Origin: Laetmonice hystrix
Taxonomy: Eukaryota
Reading direction: 5' to 3'
Assembly (NCBI GenBank): GCA_965235115.1
Contig: OZ249439.1
Span: 8,680,001-8,744,000 of the forward strand
DNA: 64,000 bases
A program made the position numbers and the translations under genes. Numbering within the stretch: the stretch's first letter is position 1; each line of letters opens with the position of its first letter. The notes beneath the pieces were generated by a model. That model saw only the letters and a list, made by a program, of their open reading frames with translations, was not told where the DNA came from and searched no databases. Below, in pieces: positions 37,601-47,291 of this stretch.

Positions 37601-40600
37601 CCTTTTTACCGGGGAAGCTGAAGAATTCGTCTGGTCCATGGCGCTGTGGCATTTGTCTCAACACACGCAACAATTTGACGGAGTGCCGGGGCTGCAAAAC
37701 AAAGCAACATCGAATTAAAATCTTTCAGAACATTACCAAATTTTTAACACGGCTTGAATACTTTTATATTAAAAAGACTAATTCCTCTTCAGGCATTAAT
37801 TCTCAAATGTGCCTATCATTAATCCGATTTATCGCTTTCTTAAACGGTGCTTACATGGGCCATTTCACCATTCCATTACAAGTTATTTTATTCAGTCTTT
37901 ATGAAAATGGCACCCCAAAATGTTGGGTGTGGAGGAAGAATTTCTGTTGCACTCAAAAAGTTGGGAGGGCACATTGTGGTCGGTAAAGGACAGGATTAAG
38001 AGGGTATTAGTTACGATATGAGGTGTTTAATTTTAACCACCCTTCCTGTGGCCTGCAGTGAATATCACTGTCTTCATCACCGTTTTCACTTAACTCTCCC
38101 TCTCTCAGCATTTCTGTGACACGACTCGAGATTCTAGGTTTAGTACAGGGAAAACAGGCTGGTAGTTCAAGGTTAAAACCACACCTTTCAACGACAAAAA
38201 AACTAAAATATTTCTCAAATATAAAATATAACACAATATTGATAGAAAGAAAACGGCATTTTACAATGCAAAAGACAATCTGCATTGGCATTCAAGTCGC
38301 AAACATGTTGCTGAACGTAACCGTCATGATCTGTCGGTCCATGTTTAGTATGTATGCCCGGGGGGTTGTAACGAAGTAAATGTGTACTCGTGTCCCATAC
38401 ACCGGGGTGACATCCCGTAAACGGGACTGCTGTGTGTTCAGTCGTCAAACACTATACGTAATACACGTTAACTGAGTCGTCGAGTTCGAGAGACAGTGAC
38501 AGTCAGTCCGAGCAATGCACACTTCCAATCTTCAATATGTACACTATACCTCTAACACAGCTTCAGGAATCTAATACACTGACAACCTTCAATATGTACA
38601 CTACCTCTAACACAGCTTCAGGAATCTAATACACTGACAACCTTCAATATGTACACTACCTCTAACACAGCTTCAGGAATCTAATACACTGACAACCTTC
38701 AATATGTACACTACCTCTAACACAGCTTCAGGAATCTAATACACTGACAACCTTCAACGACATTTACTGACGTCGTGCACCTCGGAGCGCCCCCTGTCGG
38801 CCACTTCAGCTTCTCACTGATTGCTACTGCCAACTCTTCACCATTCACATCGAGATAGGCTTTTTATACGCTAACAGACGCCAGAGCCTGAAGCAAACTC
38901 CAATTTCCATATACTTCTCCGATATTCTACAGAGAGCGAGGCTGTCCATCAGGCTGCCTTCTCTACGTGAACACGACGCTTGTGTTGATTTAAGGGACGA
39001 CAATGGTGGGTAGCAAGGCGTTATCCCGCCAGTTTTAATGAGAAATATTATCACACGAACTCCTAGCGTTCCACCAGGGTGGAAATACTATCTGTCCAAT
39101 ATCCTGAAAACCATGCCCCCTGGCCGGAGGAGGGCTGCCGATTCCAAGGAAATGGATCAAAATTTAAAGTGGGACAGACAGCGGCTTCCATCAGTGTAAA
39201 TATAATAAAACACCTCAGACGTGCCCGGCTGACAATTCATAAACTCTTGACAGCTATCAAGTGGGGCAATCCTTTGTGATGGCGTTGCCCTCCGACCGTA
39301 CCCGGACCACAAACAAACTGCTCCAGGCCGCCGCACATTTCTTGTTTTATCTATAGGTCAGGCTATAGCTTCTATTAAACATACATTGGCATGTTTTCTT
39401 CGTTCAGTCGGAAATCCGTGGGCAGATATACCATTAGAATTCAGAATCAATGTGCGTTAAAGTTTCGCCGTGGTTGTGACATTATGTGTAGATGTAACAC
39501 GGCTGATATAAAGCATTATAAAGTTACTTTAAGGCAAGATCAATCACTTTTGTTTAAAATTCAATTAATCAAAGACATCTATGAGAAAGAATATATTTCT
39601 GTAATTTGTAAGGAGAACATGTTTTATCACCGATATCCCCGGACTCGAACGGGAACTCTTACATTATGTTCGGTTTCCATGGCCTTCGGTGCCTGAACTC
39701 TTACATTATGTTCGGTTTCCATGGCCTTCGTTGCCTGAACTCTTACATTATGTTCCGTTTCCATGGCCTTCATTGCCTGAACTCTTACATTATGTTCCGT
39801 TTCCATGGCCTTCGGTGCCTGAACTCTTACATTATGTTCCGTTTCCATGGCCTTCGGTGCCTGAACTCTCACATTATGTTCCGTTTCCATGGCCTTCGGT
39901 GCCTGCATCCATTTATCATTTTCCTATACTACTTACTATGGTTTCGTACAGATAGATTACATGTGGCTGAGTCACCACGACATCCTGTGAATCCGTTCAC
40001 CTAACCCAGCGCCAGGATGTGGTTACCTTTTACTCCTAGATATCATGTCTCAAACCCACATGTACGATTCATGATAGATAGCCATCGCAGTTACTTTATT
40101 TCTTGCCATTTCAAGTAAGAAGCCACATTAATTTTGTCAACAAGGTTGAACCATTAATATTTCTCGCCATTAGAAGTAAGAAGCCACATTTGTCAACCAG
40201 GCTGAACCCGTACTTTCACCCAAACGGTCATTAGAAGTGGAATGTACTCCGCCGTGTGTAGGTGGGTAGGTTTAGGTGTGGGTTACTGATGTGTATTTAC
40301 TCACCCACTTGCTGCCCCGCCCCTGTAGTAGAGCGAAGAGCTGCTTGAGCTCCTTGACTGTGATACTGTAGCTTGCCAGCACGCCCAGCATATCGATGAG
40401 TAGATCTGTAACAACAACACTGACAATGACAGTTGGACTGTCAGCAGGGAGGCCACCACTCGCATACATTCCCCTACCCCACCCCAACCTCCATTGTACC
40501 CCATCCCTGACCCCTCATCTTAAAGAAATCGGCATTGACGCCCCATGAACTGAGGACGTCGGTATCCGTGTGTTTACAGCAGTCACAGGGGGTCAGTGGT

Positions 40601-43600
40601 GATGGCCCTGTCACGTGACTACTCCTAGGGCCAGGAGACCTTCCAACACTAGCCCCAACACAAGGGGCGTCCTGTCGTAGGTTTAGGCGACTTAACAAAA
40701 CCAGCGGGTTCCTTCCGCTCAGAGATACTGCTCTCATCACTCGACATGCCACGGAAGTGATGATCCAACGATACAACATACATTCCGTTAAAATCATATA
40801 AATAAGTCCTACTACGTCTTGTCCTCTAAAATTTACACTTCTACTCTAAGTTCTACCTTAACGCCATTGGAAAAAATATGAAAAAAACAACAAAAACTAA
40901 TCAAATTCTGATCTTGACGGTTCTTGGTGTTCAAACACGTCACATTCCTCACACATCAAATCCTACCTCAAATATTAAAACTACAATAATTCAACAAAAA
41001 CAAATAATTCTCCAACATATCTCTCCTCATTTGTCAACAGGGTCGATGTTAGAAGAGAGACCTACAAGCAGTCTGGCAAAGAATTATTGATGAATACCAC
41101 GTTAACTTCTCATTCCGTTGATATATGTTATGTATTAGTGTTCTATTTCATATTTTACTTACTTATATCTGAACTTTCTCGCTATACTTTATGATCTTGT
41201 TCAAACATGTTTTAAAGATCAAACTTTCAGGACTTTATTTCCCTGTGGCCAGTTGCATGACTGTCCGTTCGTTAATTTCCCCATGTATTTTCAATGAGAA
41301 TTTTAACGACCGGACAGTCATACAACTGGCCCCAGGTCAAGGACGGAGTTGGAGCGAGCAGACTGTACCGACAGGTACTATAATGGTGTCGACGATTGTG
41401 TGGGTGTCACAGTGCATGTGGCCGGGCTTTAAGGTTTACCTTCAGCGTTCATTAACACCTCTCCACCATACAGGTGAGATCAATTCGACTCATCTCTATT
41501 ATAAAACATTTTCCCAGTAATTTATAACATTGGCTGAATCCAAACAAGACGATCCGAGTAATTTTTTCAATACGAAGAAGATGACAACTTGGCGGCCTGC
41601 CGTGAAAAGCGCCCTGGTTGCTCGGTGCCTGTTTGCGAAGGCGTGACGTCACACCGACGGTACGTCTCGCCGAACGCAGCGCGACGCAGCGTTCATGACG
41701 TCACAGTGCGGCACGGTGGTGCAGCAACAGGTGTAGTTTAACGTTTAACAGGTGGAGCGATTGCCATGGTTGAGAGAGTATAGAGCACCCAAACAGAGGG
41801 AGGAGAGGACGCCACTGACCACAGACTGACCAACTGACCATTCCACAATGTGGACGTGAATGGAGGTACGATATACAGTATACACAGTACCCGGCGGGTA
41901 GGCACAGTTTCAGTGTTTACAAGACCGTAATTCCTGGGGGGGGGGGGGGGGGAATTAAGCCTCCTCCCCCAACATTTTCAGTGGTGCCTAATAATTAGCC
42001 TATTTTACTTGAACGAACCCTAGACTCTGTCCAGCCCCCTCACTAATTCAATGGGAAGTATCTAACCCCCTCAATAATTCATTGGAAATTATCTAGTCCC
42101 TCAATAATTCAATGGAAATTATCTAGCCCCCTCAATAATTCAATGGAAATGACCTAGCCCCTTTAATAATTCAAAAGAAATTATCTACCCCCCACAATAA
42201 TTCGATGGAAATTATCTAGCCCCCGCAATAACCCAATGGAAATGATCTATAGCCTAATTATAATTTGATGGAAATGATCTAGCTCCTTTAATAATTTTAT
42301 GAAAATTATCTTGCCCCCATAATAACTCAATGAAAATTATCTAGCCCCCTCCAATAATTTGACGGAAATTATTTAGCCCTCTCAATAATTTGATGGAAGT
42401 TACGGGCCTGTTGTAGGGACATGTGGTCTGGCTCAGTGCTCAAACGGGGCGCAAAGCTTTACTTTATTACGACAGACATATTGAGTGATTTAGCTTCGAA
42501 AAAGGTTGAGTTTTTGTTTTCAAGGATCACGCTAAAACTTCTTTTTCATTTGAATTTGTCTGAGTATAGAAATGCTGTAAATCGAGCATTCATGGTTAAG
42601 GATTCGTATTGTGTTTCGTATTCGTATTGTGTATAGGAAAATAATTAAAGGTCGAGAGCCCTGATGAATTCCAGAAAAACAGCATGCTGTTTACATGGTC
42701 AACACGGACACAAACACAATCAACTAAACGGACACTGCCTCGACTAGTCATGAAGAATTTACAGCACTCAAAACGGACAGAAAAAAAAATCTACCGACGG
42801 AATGGATTGACAAGACTCGGTCCTCAGTTAGGGCAGCCTGGTGTACACTTCAGGAGACACTTACCAGCATGCCTCCCCTTTTGTTCATCTTAAACAGAGA
42901 CCAATACAAGAGTGAAAGAAGGTCGCCAGGTCAACACGACACAGCAGTCTCAAGGTTGACAGAGACCCACAATGGCAGGTAAAGATGAATAGATCACTAT
43001 ATTTTAACATGCCCGGTTATCCCAGTCGAGGGTTATATATTTTTCATAGACCAAGACAAGCATCATTCTACAGTACTGATAAAAAGCACGGTGTTAGACA
43101 TAGCTAACCACAACATTACCATGCATACTGCTTATAGAAATATACGGATGTACCAATAAGCATATCTACATTCAAGGAAGATCTAGTGAGATTTTTACAC
43201 AGTCCATGTCCTGTTAGTGTTAGAAATGATTGACAAAGTATATCGCTTCTAACTACAGCGTGGTAGTCAAAGGAAAGATGGAACAAATTCAAACATAGGT
43301 GCGGGGGGGGGGATAGTGAAAGCATGGCGATAGATCCACTCGATATCAAATCAGATTGCAGCACATTCTGCGATTTGTTTCTTTGCTGTGGAGGACAAAA
43401 AGTGGTTGCGGGATCATGTGACGACGGCATGACCGCTGGCGCCGTCTGGTGCTATTTTTTTTTTAAAGTGTTGTTACAAACCAGTGGACAGGCTGGTGTC
43501 AGGGGACTTACCTGCGATCATTTCGTCGGAGCCGAGAAGCCGTCTGAGGGCGAGGTCAATAAGTCCAACCTCGGTACAGGCCTGAAGATTACGGGTAGAC

Positions 43601-43638
43601 TTCCGTAAGATCGCCGTGAAGTGGCTCCATAACTCCGC
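1511..43638 (-). CDS. NBEA: Neurobeachin/LRBA-family BEACH-domain protein gene, partial (38 exons traced, 1973 codons; N-terminal exons and BEACH/WD40 exons not in window)
   Basis: Spliced translation matches neurobeachin hallmarks recalled from the family ([89 protein letters not shown]). All junctions are GT-AG and phase-compatible; exon lengths sum to 5919 nt, divisible by 3. Confidence 0.95.
1754..2400. repeat. Minisatellite, 51-bp unit (catgtaactctgtactctaccgtaaaaacatcctacttctgttatactact), about 12 copies, decaying to about 2600
   Basis: Period read directly; explains ORFs 1670-1936 and 2078-2326. Confidence 0.92.
4434..4580 (-). CDS. NBEA: NBEA exon: [22 protein letters not shown]...[10 protein letters not shown]
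   Basis: tcacag / gtgagc, phase 1 to 1. Confidence 0.9.
4877..5001 (-). CDS. NBEA: NBEA exon: [41 protein letters not shown]
   Basis: caacag / gtgggt, phase 2 to 1. Confidence 0.95.
5156..5322 (-). CDS. NBEA: NBEA exon: [55 protein letters not shown]
   Basis: tttcag / gtgagt, phase 0 to 2. Confidence 0.93.
5646..5754 (-). CDS. NBEA: NBEA exon: [36 protein letters not shown]
   Basis: atttag / gtgagg, phase 2 to 0. Confidence 0.95.
5958..7030. repeat. Minisatellite, 41-bp unit (tggtctgttacatgattcctaacgttctccccttactgtac), about 26 copies
   Basis: Highly homogeneous; ends about 22 nt from the donor at 7052. Confidence 0.97.
7053..7179 (-). CDS. NBEA: NBEA exon: [42 protein letters not shown]
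   Basis: tgtcag / gtaaga, phase 1 to 2. Confidence 0.96.
7468..7824 (-). CDS. NBEA: NBEA exon: DPTDET...[43 protein letters not shown] (DUF1088 start)
   Basis: ttttag / gtgagt, phase 1 to 1. Confidence 0.93.
8161..8463 (-). CDS. NBEA: NBEA exon (phase 1-1): Glu/Lys-rich [13 protein letters not shown]...EMEKVDLSD
   Basis: ttctag / gtacgt, 303 nt open, purine-rich coding bias. Confidence 0.8.
8578..8754 (-). CDS. NBEA: NBEA exon (phase 1-1): [19 protein letters not shown]...[10 protein letters not shown]
   Basis: tttcag / gtggga, 177 nt, low-complexity acidic. Confidence 0.78.
9041..9167. repeat. Short array, about 25-bp unit (gtggagggacataccatatatagaa), about 5 copies
   Basis: Seen directly. 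Confidence 0.9.
9911..10051 (-). CDS. NBEA: Putative NBEA exon (symmetric phase 1-1): [47 protein letters not shown]
   Basis: ccctag acceptor, gtaccc donor (weak), 141 nt open in the right phase; no conserved motif, could be a cassette exon. Confidence 0.6.
10375..10537 (-). CDS. NBEA: NBEA exon: [31 protein letters not shown]...HRENS
   Basis: acttag / gtgagt, phase 0 to 1. Confidence 0.94.
10664..10771 (-). CDS. NBEA: NBEA exon: [36 protein letters not shown]
   Basis: tttcag / gtaagt, 108 nt. Confidence 0.94.
11897..12057 (-). CDS. NBEA: NBEA exon: [16 protein letters not shown]...[15 protein letters not shown]
   Basis: tgacag / gtgggc, phase 1 to 0. Confidence 0.88.
12256..12436 (-). CDS. 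NBEA: NBEA exon: [60 protein letters not shown]
   Basis: ctccag / gtgagg, phase 0 to 1. Confidence 0.94.
12616..12631 (-). promoter_or_regulatory. CTCF-like motif CCACTAGGTGGCAGCA
   Basis: Matches the CCACYAGRKGGCRS consensus; motif match only. Confidence 0.45.
12820..12973 (-). CDS. NBEA: NBEA exon: [51 protein letters not shown] (5' end could instead be 13024 or 13075)
   Basis: ttccag / gtaaga, phase 2 to 0; acceptor is triplicated in frame (see findings). Confidence 0.88.
12940..13082. repeat. 51-bp tandem repeat, about 3 copies, spanning an NBEA acceptor plus exon start
   Basis: attcacaaagtcaatcacagtcttggtgctgtg(t/c)ctggaaa at a period of 51. Confidence 0.95.
13309..14006 (-). CDS. NBEA: NBEA large exon: acidic/Ser-rich linker ending [40 protein letters not shown]
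   Basis: ccacag / gtaact, 698 nt open, phase 0 to 2; the C-terminal part is strongly conserved. Confidence 0.9.
14135..14341 (-). CDS. NBEA: NBEA exon: [21 protein letters not shown]...[11 protein letters not shown]...KDTSET
   Basis: caccag / gtaagt, 207 nt; corresponds to the family segment VTYEAHKEYLAKMYEEYQRQ...STISG. Confidence 0.9.
14469..15863. repeat. Minisatellite, 35-bp unit, about 40 copies, each containing the exon 3' end and the donor (CTCTAAG|gtaggc on the minus strand)
   Basis: Unit cccagcctaccttagagtgtagtatagccactgta; the last copy overlaps exon 15844-16036. Confidence 0.97.
15844..16036 (-). CDS. NBEA: NBEA exon: [64 protein letters not shown]
   Basis: ctacag / gtaggc, phase 2 to 0. 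Confidence 0.96.
16455..16578 (-). CDS. NBEA: NBEA exon: [40 protein letters not shown]
   Basis: ttgcag / gtaact, phase 1 to 2. Confidence 0.93.
16680..17542. repeat. Minisatellite, 60-bp unit, about 14 copies
   Basis: Lines of the 60-column listing align vertically; explains ORFs 16663-17643 and 16703-17575. Confidence 0.97.
17556..17637 (-). CDS. NBEA: NBEA exon: [27 protein letters not shown]
   Basis: atgcag / gtgagt, phase 0 to 1. Confidence 0.92.
17885..18465. repeat. Minisatellite, 60-bp unit, about 9.5 copies, each containing GTCCTGTTTGAG|gtatgtaactaag (exon end plus donor)
   Basis: Plus-strand unit includes ttagttacatacctcaaacaggac, which also occurs at the true donor 18453. Confidence 0.96.
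18454..18562 (-). CDS. NBEA: NBEA exon: [36 protein letters not shown]
   Basis: gctcag / gtatgt, phase 2 to 0. Confidence 0.92.
19146..19399. mobile_element. MITE-like element, about 254 bp, with imperfect ~36-bp terminal inverted repeats
   Basis: Left ggcctgatttcttcaccatttctaagatcagactta vs reverse complement of right ggctttatttcttagcatgttttaagatcagactta; flanked by ttt on both sides (possible 3-bp TSD, PIF/Harbinger-like by inference). Confidence 0.6.
20884..20930 (+). ncRNA. Degenerate minimal type-I hammerhead ribozyme-like motif (Penelope-element type)
   Basis: CTGAAGA core, GCCCT-tggc-AGGGC stem II, CGAAA, TGTT (consensus CGTT), and flanks able to form stem I; stem II base is imperfect. 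Confidence 0.45.
21102..21194 (-). CDS. NBEA: NBEA exon: [30 protein letters not shown]
   Basis: ggcag / gtatgt, phase 2 to 2. Confidence 0.93.
22382..22479 (-). CDS. NBEA: NBEA exon: [32 protein letters not shown]
   Basis: tatcag / gtaagc, phase 0 to 2. Confidence 0.94.
22498..24645. repeat. Minisatellite, 51-bp unit (accaatcatgttatctgttacattgtgagtgggagcaggggagcaattacc), about 42 copies, filling about 90% of an intron
   Basis: One unit with an 8-nt deletion near 23757; explains four long ORFs including the 649-aa one. Confidence 0.97.
24826..24968 (-). CDS. NBEA: NBEA exon: [48 protein letters not shown]
   Basis: tgacag / gtaagt, phase 1 to 0. Confidence 0.94.
25383..25551 (-). CDS. NBEA: NBEA exon: [56 protein letters not shown]
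   Basis: tttcag / gtcagt, phase 0 to 1. Confidence 0.95.
25847..25999 (-). CDS. NBEA: NBEA exon: [51 protein letters not shown]
   Basis: ttgcag / gtagga, 153 nt. Confidence 0.95.
26409..26517 (-). CDS. NBEA: NBEA exon: [36 protein letters not shown]
   Basis: tgacag / gtaagc, phase 2 to 0. Confidence 0.93.
26661..26743 (-). CDS. NBEA: NBEA exon: [27 protein letters not shown]
   Basis: ccacag / gtgggt, phase 0 to 2. Confidence 0.9.
27097..27159 (-). CDS. NBEA: NBEA exon: [21 protein letters not shown]
   Basis: ctacag / gtcaga, 63 nt. Confidence 0.92.
27462..27602 (-). CDS. NBEA: NBEA exon: [47 protein letters not shown]
   Basis: ggcag / gtaagt, 141 nt. Confidence 0.93.
27809..27865 (-). 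CDS. NBEA: NBEA exon: [19 protein letters not shown]
   Basis: ttccag / gtaaga, 57 nt; corresponds to the family segment STFKFKSESD. Confidence 0.88.
28092..28238 (-). CDS. NBEA: NBEA exon: [49 protein letters not shown]
   Basis: ttgcag / gtaagt, 147 nt. Confidence 0.95.
28270..28750. repeat. Degenerate 48-49-bp array (gacatcaacaactcttatact core), two alternating subtypes, about 10 copies
   Basis: Core recurs at 28348, 28397, 28445, 28494, 28542, 28590, 28639. Confidence 0.88.
28945..29064 (-). CDS. NBEA: NBEA exon: [40 protein letters not shown]
   Basis: poly-C tract then gacag / gtaagt, 120 nt. Confidence 0.95.
30658..30784 (-). CDS. NBEA: NBEA exon: [42 protein letters not shown]
   Basis: tttcag / gtatgt, phase 2 to 0. 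Confidence 0.95.
31310..31690. repeat. GC-rich degenerate array (ccgggacaacaccccactgggg-like core)
   Basis: Repeated gggacaaca/ccccactgg motifs; the overlapping ORFs are not recognisable. Confidence 0.65.
33038..33159 (-). CDS. NBEA: NBEA exon: [40 protein letters not shown] (ConA-like domain start)
   Basis: ttacag / gtgagt, phase 0 to 2. Confidence 0.95.
34495..35620. repeat. C-rich minisatellite, 62-bp unit containing ccctaaccc, about 18 copies
   Basis: Period of 62 read directly. Confidence 0.96.
36001..37320. mobile_element. Nested or compound non-autonomous TA-flanked DNA element(s) with CCGTA(T/C)TGACGCACTTTTAGG termini (Tc1/mariner-pogo, Tc2-like by inference)
   Basis: taccgtactgacgcacttttagg at 36357 is the inverse of cctaaaagtgcgtcaatacggta ending at 37320 (1 mismatch). 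36001-36105 also mirrors 37201-37320 (atgcgcctatatccggg, ccaatattcacatataggcgcacc). No transposase ORF. Confidence 0.7.
37596..37691 (-). CDS. NBEA: NBEA exon: [32 protein letters not shown]
   Basis: ttgcag / gtgagt, 96 nt, phase 0 to 0. Confidence 0.93.
38530..38757. repeat. 55-bp unit, about 4 copies
   Basis: gacaaccttcaatatgtacactacctctaacacagcttcaggaatctaatacact. Confidence 0.93.
38786..38803 (-). promoter_or_regulatory. CTCF-like motif TGGCCGACAGGGGGCGCT
   Basis: Close to the TGGCCACCAGGGGGCGCTA consensus; motif match only. Confidence 0.45.
39648..39905. repeat. 42-bp unit, about 6 copies
   Basis: gaactcttacattatgttccgtttccatggccttcggtgcct; explains the three overlapping repeat ORFs. 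Confidence 0.94.
40305..40405 (-). CDS. NBEA: NBEA exon: [34 protein letters not shown]
   Basis: ttacag / gtgagt, phase 1 to 0; near-identical to the family motif. Confidence 0.95.
41590..41720. promoter_or_regulatory. CpG-rich intronic patch with two full CRE palindromes (TGACGTCA at 41644 and 41696)
   Basis: Exact motif matches in locally CpG-dense sequence. Confidence 0.4.
42035..42395. repeat. Degenerate array, about 30-bp unit (tcaataattcaatggaaattatctagcccc), about 12 copies
   Basis: Seen directly; copies are diverged. Confidence 0.85.
43512..43638 (-). CDS. NBEA: NBEA exon: [42 protein letters not shown] (most 5' exon found)
   Basis: tttcag acceptor, gtaagt donor, phase 0 to 1; matches the family motif [19 protein letters not shown]. 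Confidence 0.92.
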
Positions 43639-43840
43639 CTGAAACAAGAGAGACGGTCAACGTTAGGTACACAGGACACGGAGATAAACACTCACTTTCC
43701 AAACTCTCATCACTGATTTCATTCCAGTCAATCTACAACATTTAAACTGCACCACATCAAACACACAGTCTTTCCTGGCACGTTTTGGGTGGTCAGCATT
43801 TTACCTCGTCTAACCTCTCCACATAAGATAAGCTTAACTT

Positions 43841-43943
43841 GGGGTGCGTTTCACAACCTGTGGTTAACTTGTATCGTTAAAGCTAATGCATTTTCAATGA
43901 AGAATTTATCGCACAAGTTAACGATCGTTGATAAACGCACCCC
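43841..43943. mobile_element. Small MITE-like palindromic element, about 103 bp
   Basis: ggggtgcgtttcacaac...gttaacttg vs caagttaac...gttgataaacgcacccc; no clear TSD. Confidence 0.55.
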
Positions 43944-45504
43944 TGATCATCAAATAAAACACATGAAATATAGCCACAATAAATAGGTATGCGTGTAGAT
44001 TATAAAGTTATAACACTGACGGTGGTTCCATATAACGTTCCAGAAATCAACAAGCCTGCTTTAGTGAAGCAGAGCAACACAATATTCCCTTTTTCATCTG
44101 TCTGGTCCAAAGTATCAGAGACTGCCATAACCAGTTATCAGGGTAAGAAATCTCTATTACAGACCCCATCATTTCATCTGTCTGTCGTAGATACCTTTAT
44201 AATATCAGGCTGATCGATTTTCTAATGTGAACCATGTTCTTTTCCGGTCCGTCACACTGAGAGAGATTTATAATTCAAGACTGCTGATAGTTCCACTCCA
44301 CCCTTTAATATTACAGAAGCAATCTTTATTCGAGAGGACTCTGATATTACAGTGGCCACTGATATTATGATATATTACAGTGGCCACTGATATTACAGGT
44401 AAAAAGATAGGTCATGAATCAATGTTTGCGCTGCCTGCCCTGGGTCGTTCCCCCTCCAGTCAGCAGGCAGTGGCAATCGGTGGCCTCTAGGCCGGCCACT
44501 CACAACCATGAATCAATGGTCCCATCTCACACAACGACCCGCCCCAGACTACCCCTCACTAACGTCATCCACATAAACCAATACTGACGTACATCACAAC
44601 AGGGGAGAATTCATCACAGACTGCTTTCAGCAACCTTTGGGTTCAACCCCCACAAATCTATACTCACACAGAACCGTTTCCCTATCATCAAATGCTATAC
44701 GTAGACCACAAGTTGCTGGCAATGCCATGCCTTCCACCTCGCTCCCTTCCCCCCCTGTAGTTTTCTAAGAGCAGACATCGTTACCCTCGTCGGTTTTGTC
44801 TAATGACCCTATGTCGTTCTGGGGTGCTGTCCGCCCTATGAGTTCACCCCTGTTGTTAACTCGTACCGTTATCTGCCCACCACCCAACTCAACCACACCC
44901 ACTCCGCCACGGCTAGCTCTACTTATTCCTCAATTTTTGAATCCAAGTCCAATATTCACATATTATACAGAACAGCCTTGAGACCATGCATAAGATGTCG
45001 AATATGGAGTGAGCATGATATGTCGATTATGCCTGCCGGGTTGGCTATTAAAATCCCCAGAACCTAACGTCTAATCGATCTAGAATACATGAATCTTTCT
45101 TGAATGTCTTATAAAATGTTTGCCTTCTAACAGAGACACAGAGACACGTCAAGCTGGTACATATATTAAGGCTATCCGGTACCGGGTATGTCCAATTTAT
45201 GTCCCAGTAGTCTATGGAAACGGTGATTGTATTACACTACTCATGAAAATAGAATTCACCAAATCATCTAAAAAGCAATAACATTTCCGAGAGTACATGT
45301 TGAATCGTCTCCCATATTTTGTTTTTTCATAAGCTGATGCTCTCTAATTACATTAATCTGTTCCAATTAAGCTGCAGACTGAAAGCCAGGAATCTACATC
45401 GAGTGCTCGGCTGGAATATCTACTCTAACTACACCCAAGGGCACTGCTATATCGGAGCCTTGAATAACTGCCTTGATATTACTGTTCAACTAATCGGATA
45501 CCGC

Positions 45505-45890
45505 CGACAACTGGTCAACTCATCAAATTGGATTGCCAACTGGTCAACCCATCAAATCCGAGACTGCTGCCAACTGGTCAACCCATCAAATCCGAGACTG
45601 CGGCCAACTGGTCAACCAATCAAATCGGAGATTGCTGCCAACTGGTCAACCCATCAAATCGGAGACTACTGCCAACCGGTCAACCCATCAAATCGGAGAC
45701 TACTGCCAACTGGTCAACCCATCAAATCGACGACTGCTGCCAACTGGTCAACCCATCAAATCCGAGACTGCGGCCAACTGGTCAACCAATCAAATCGGAG
45801 ACTGCTGCCACCTATTCAACCAATTAAATCGGACACTGCTGCCAACTGTTCAACCAATTAAATCGGACACTGCAGCCAAATCTTCAACCT
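45505..45890. repeat. 34-bp unit (ccaactggtcaacccatcaaatccgagactgctg), about 11 copies
   Basis: The same peptide cycles through three frames, as expected for a unit that is not a multiple of 3. Confidence 0.92.
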
Positions 45891-47291
45891 ATAAATCAAT
45901 AAGCATCGGCTCGTATGACGCTGTGGCAGGAACCCCCAATTACAACACTCGATCAGGATGGAACCCTTCATAGCTCCTTAACCAATCACTGAATCCTTTC
46001 AACCGGTGCTTTCCGTGGTGACCCACTTTCACTTCTGTTCAAGCCTGTTGTGAGGTACAATCCACCACCGTTTTCAAGCCCGTTATAGAGCAGTATTTAG
46101 CCATGGGCTCCGTGAAGTCAATGATTGAGGCCAGGTTGTGTGTGGTCAGTGGCAGACCAATCAGTATGGAACGCACCGTTCATCTCTCTGTAAACATCAT
46201 AGTTACCACCAGTACCGGGATCCGGCTCGGCCCGGCTCCCCCCGCCCGGCTCCCCCCCCCCCGCCCCCCTCCCCCCCCCCGCCCCCCTCCTCCGCCCCGC
46301 GCTCCCTCCGCCCGAGGGTGGGGCCCCACCCGGCCGTTGACTGTCATTCCCAATGATTACACCTATAGGAGCTGGGTGAGGTGGTCGTTATCCGCCTCGT
46401 CTGCTCTAACATGGTGCAAATCGCTGCTGCTTCACTGTGATTACCATCTGCTGTGAAACCGCTACAGTCTTCCGTTTTACCTTTGCCATCTGTTATTCAC
46501 TGATTTACCATCGTTAACATCAGTTTTTTTTCAGAGTGCCCGCCTTGAGGCAAAAAAAGAAAAGAAAATATAACAGATAATGGACTTTTTTTAAGCCACG
46601 TCCTTGTTTCAGGAACCACCTTTCTTTAGTATAACGTCGGTGCCGGATGAACACCTCGCTTCTCAACATTCACGGTTTACAAGGTTCTCACAGGATAGTT
46701 TTATGGTGAGATCAAGAGGTTTTCATCACAATATGTCAGAATGAAAATTTTCTCGACTTCAGTTCACAGATAAAAGGTTTCATTCAGAGACGCCATCGCT
46801 TTCTGAAGTGACGTCATCAGAACCTCGCCGATCTTTCACAGGGGTATTGACGGTTATTCTGCCATGGCTGCATTCCCACAAAATTGGGGCTCGGGATTAG
46901 GGTAAGGAGATGGGCTAGGAATCAGGGTAAGGGGCACGGCTAGGGGTCAAGGTAAGGGACAGGACTAGTGATCCGGGTAAGGGCAGGGCTAGGGATCCGG
47001 GTACGTTTTGGGGAGTTATAGGAGCAAGATTATAAAGGTAGGTTACGTTTGGAGCTAGTTTGGACTTTTAGTTCTTACACGACAAAATTTTGTGGGGACT
47101 TTACCCTGAGGATCTACCGTACTGCCCCCCCCCCCCCCCACCCCCATCTATCTTACCCCCGCCCCATTTCTCTCCCGTTTAGACTGCCCACACAGCCCAG
47201 CCCTGTCTATGATCCGGGAATGTTTTCATTACATGCCTCCAGTATTATAAAACACCCCCAGGTCGACCCAGTCTCCTGAATCTAAACCAAC

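Noticed and set aside
46780-46820. Second hammerhead (minus strand CTGATGA...GAAA...GTC)
   Set aside because: No stem II or stem III pairing; the CTGATGA overlaps a CRE palindrome.
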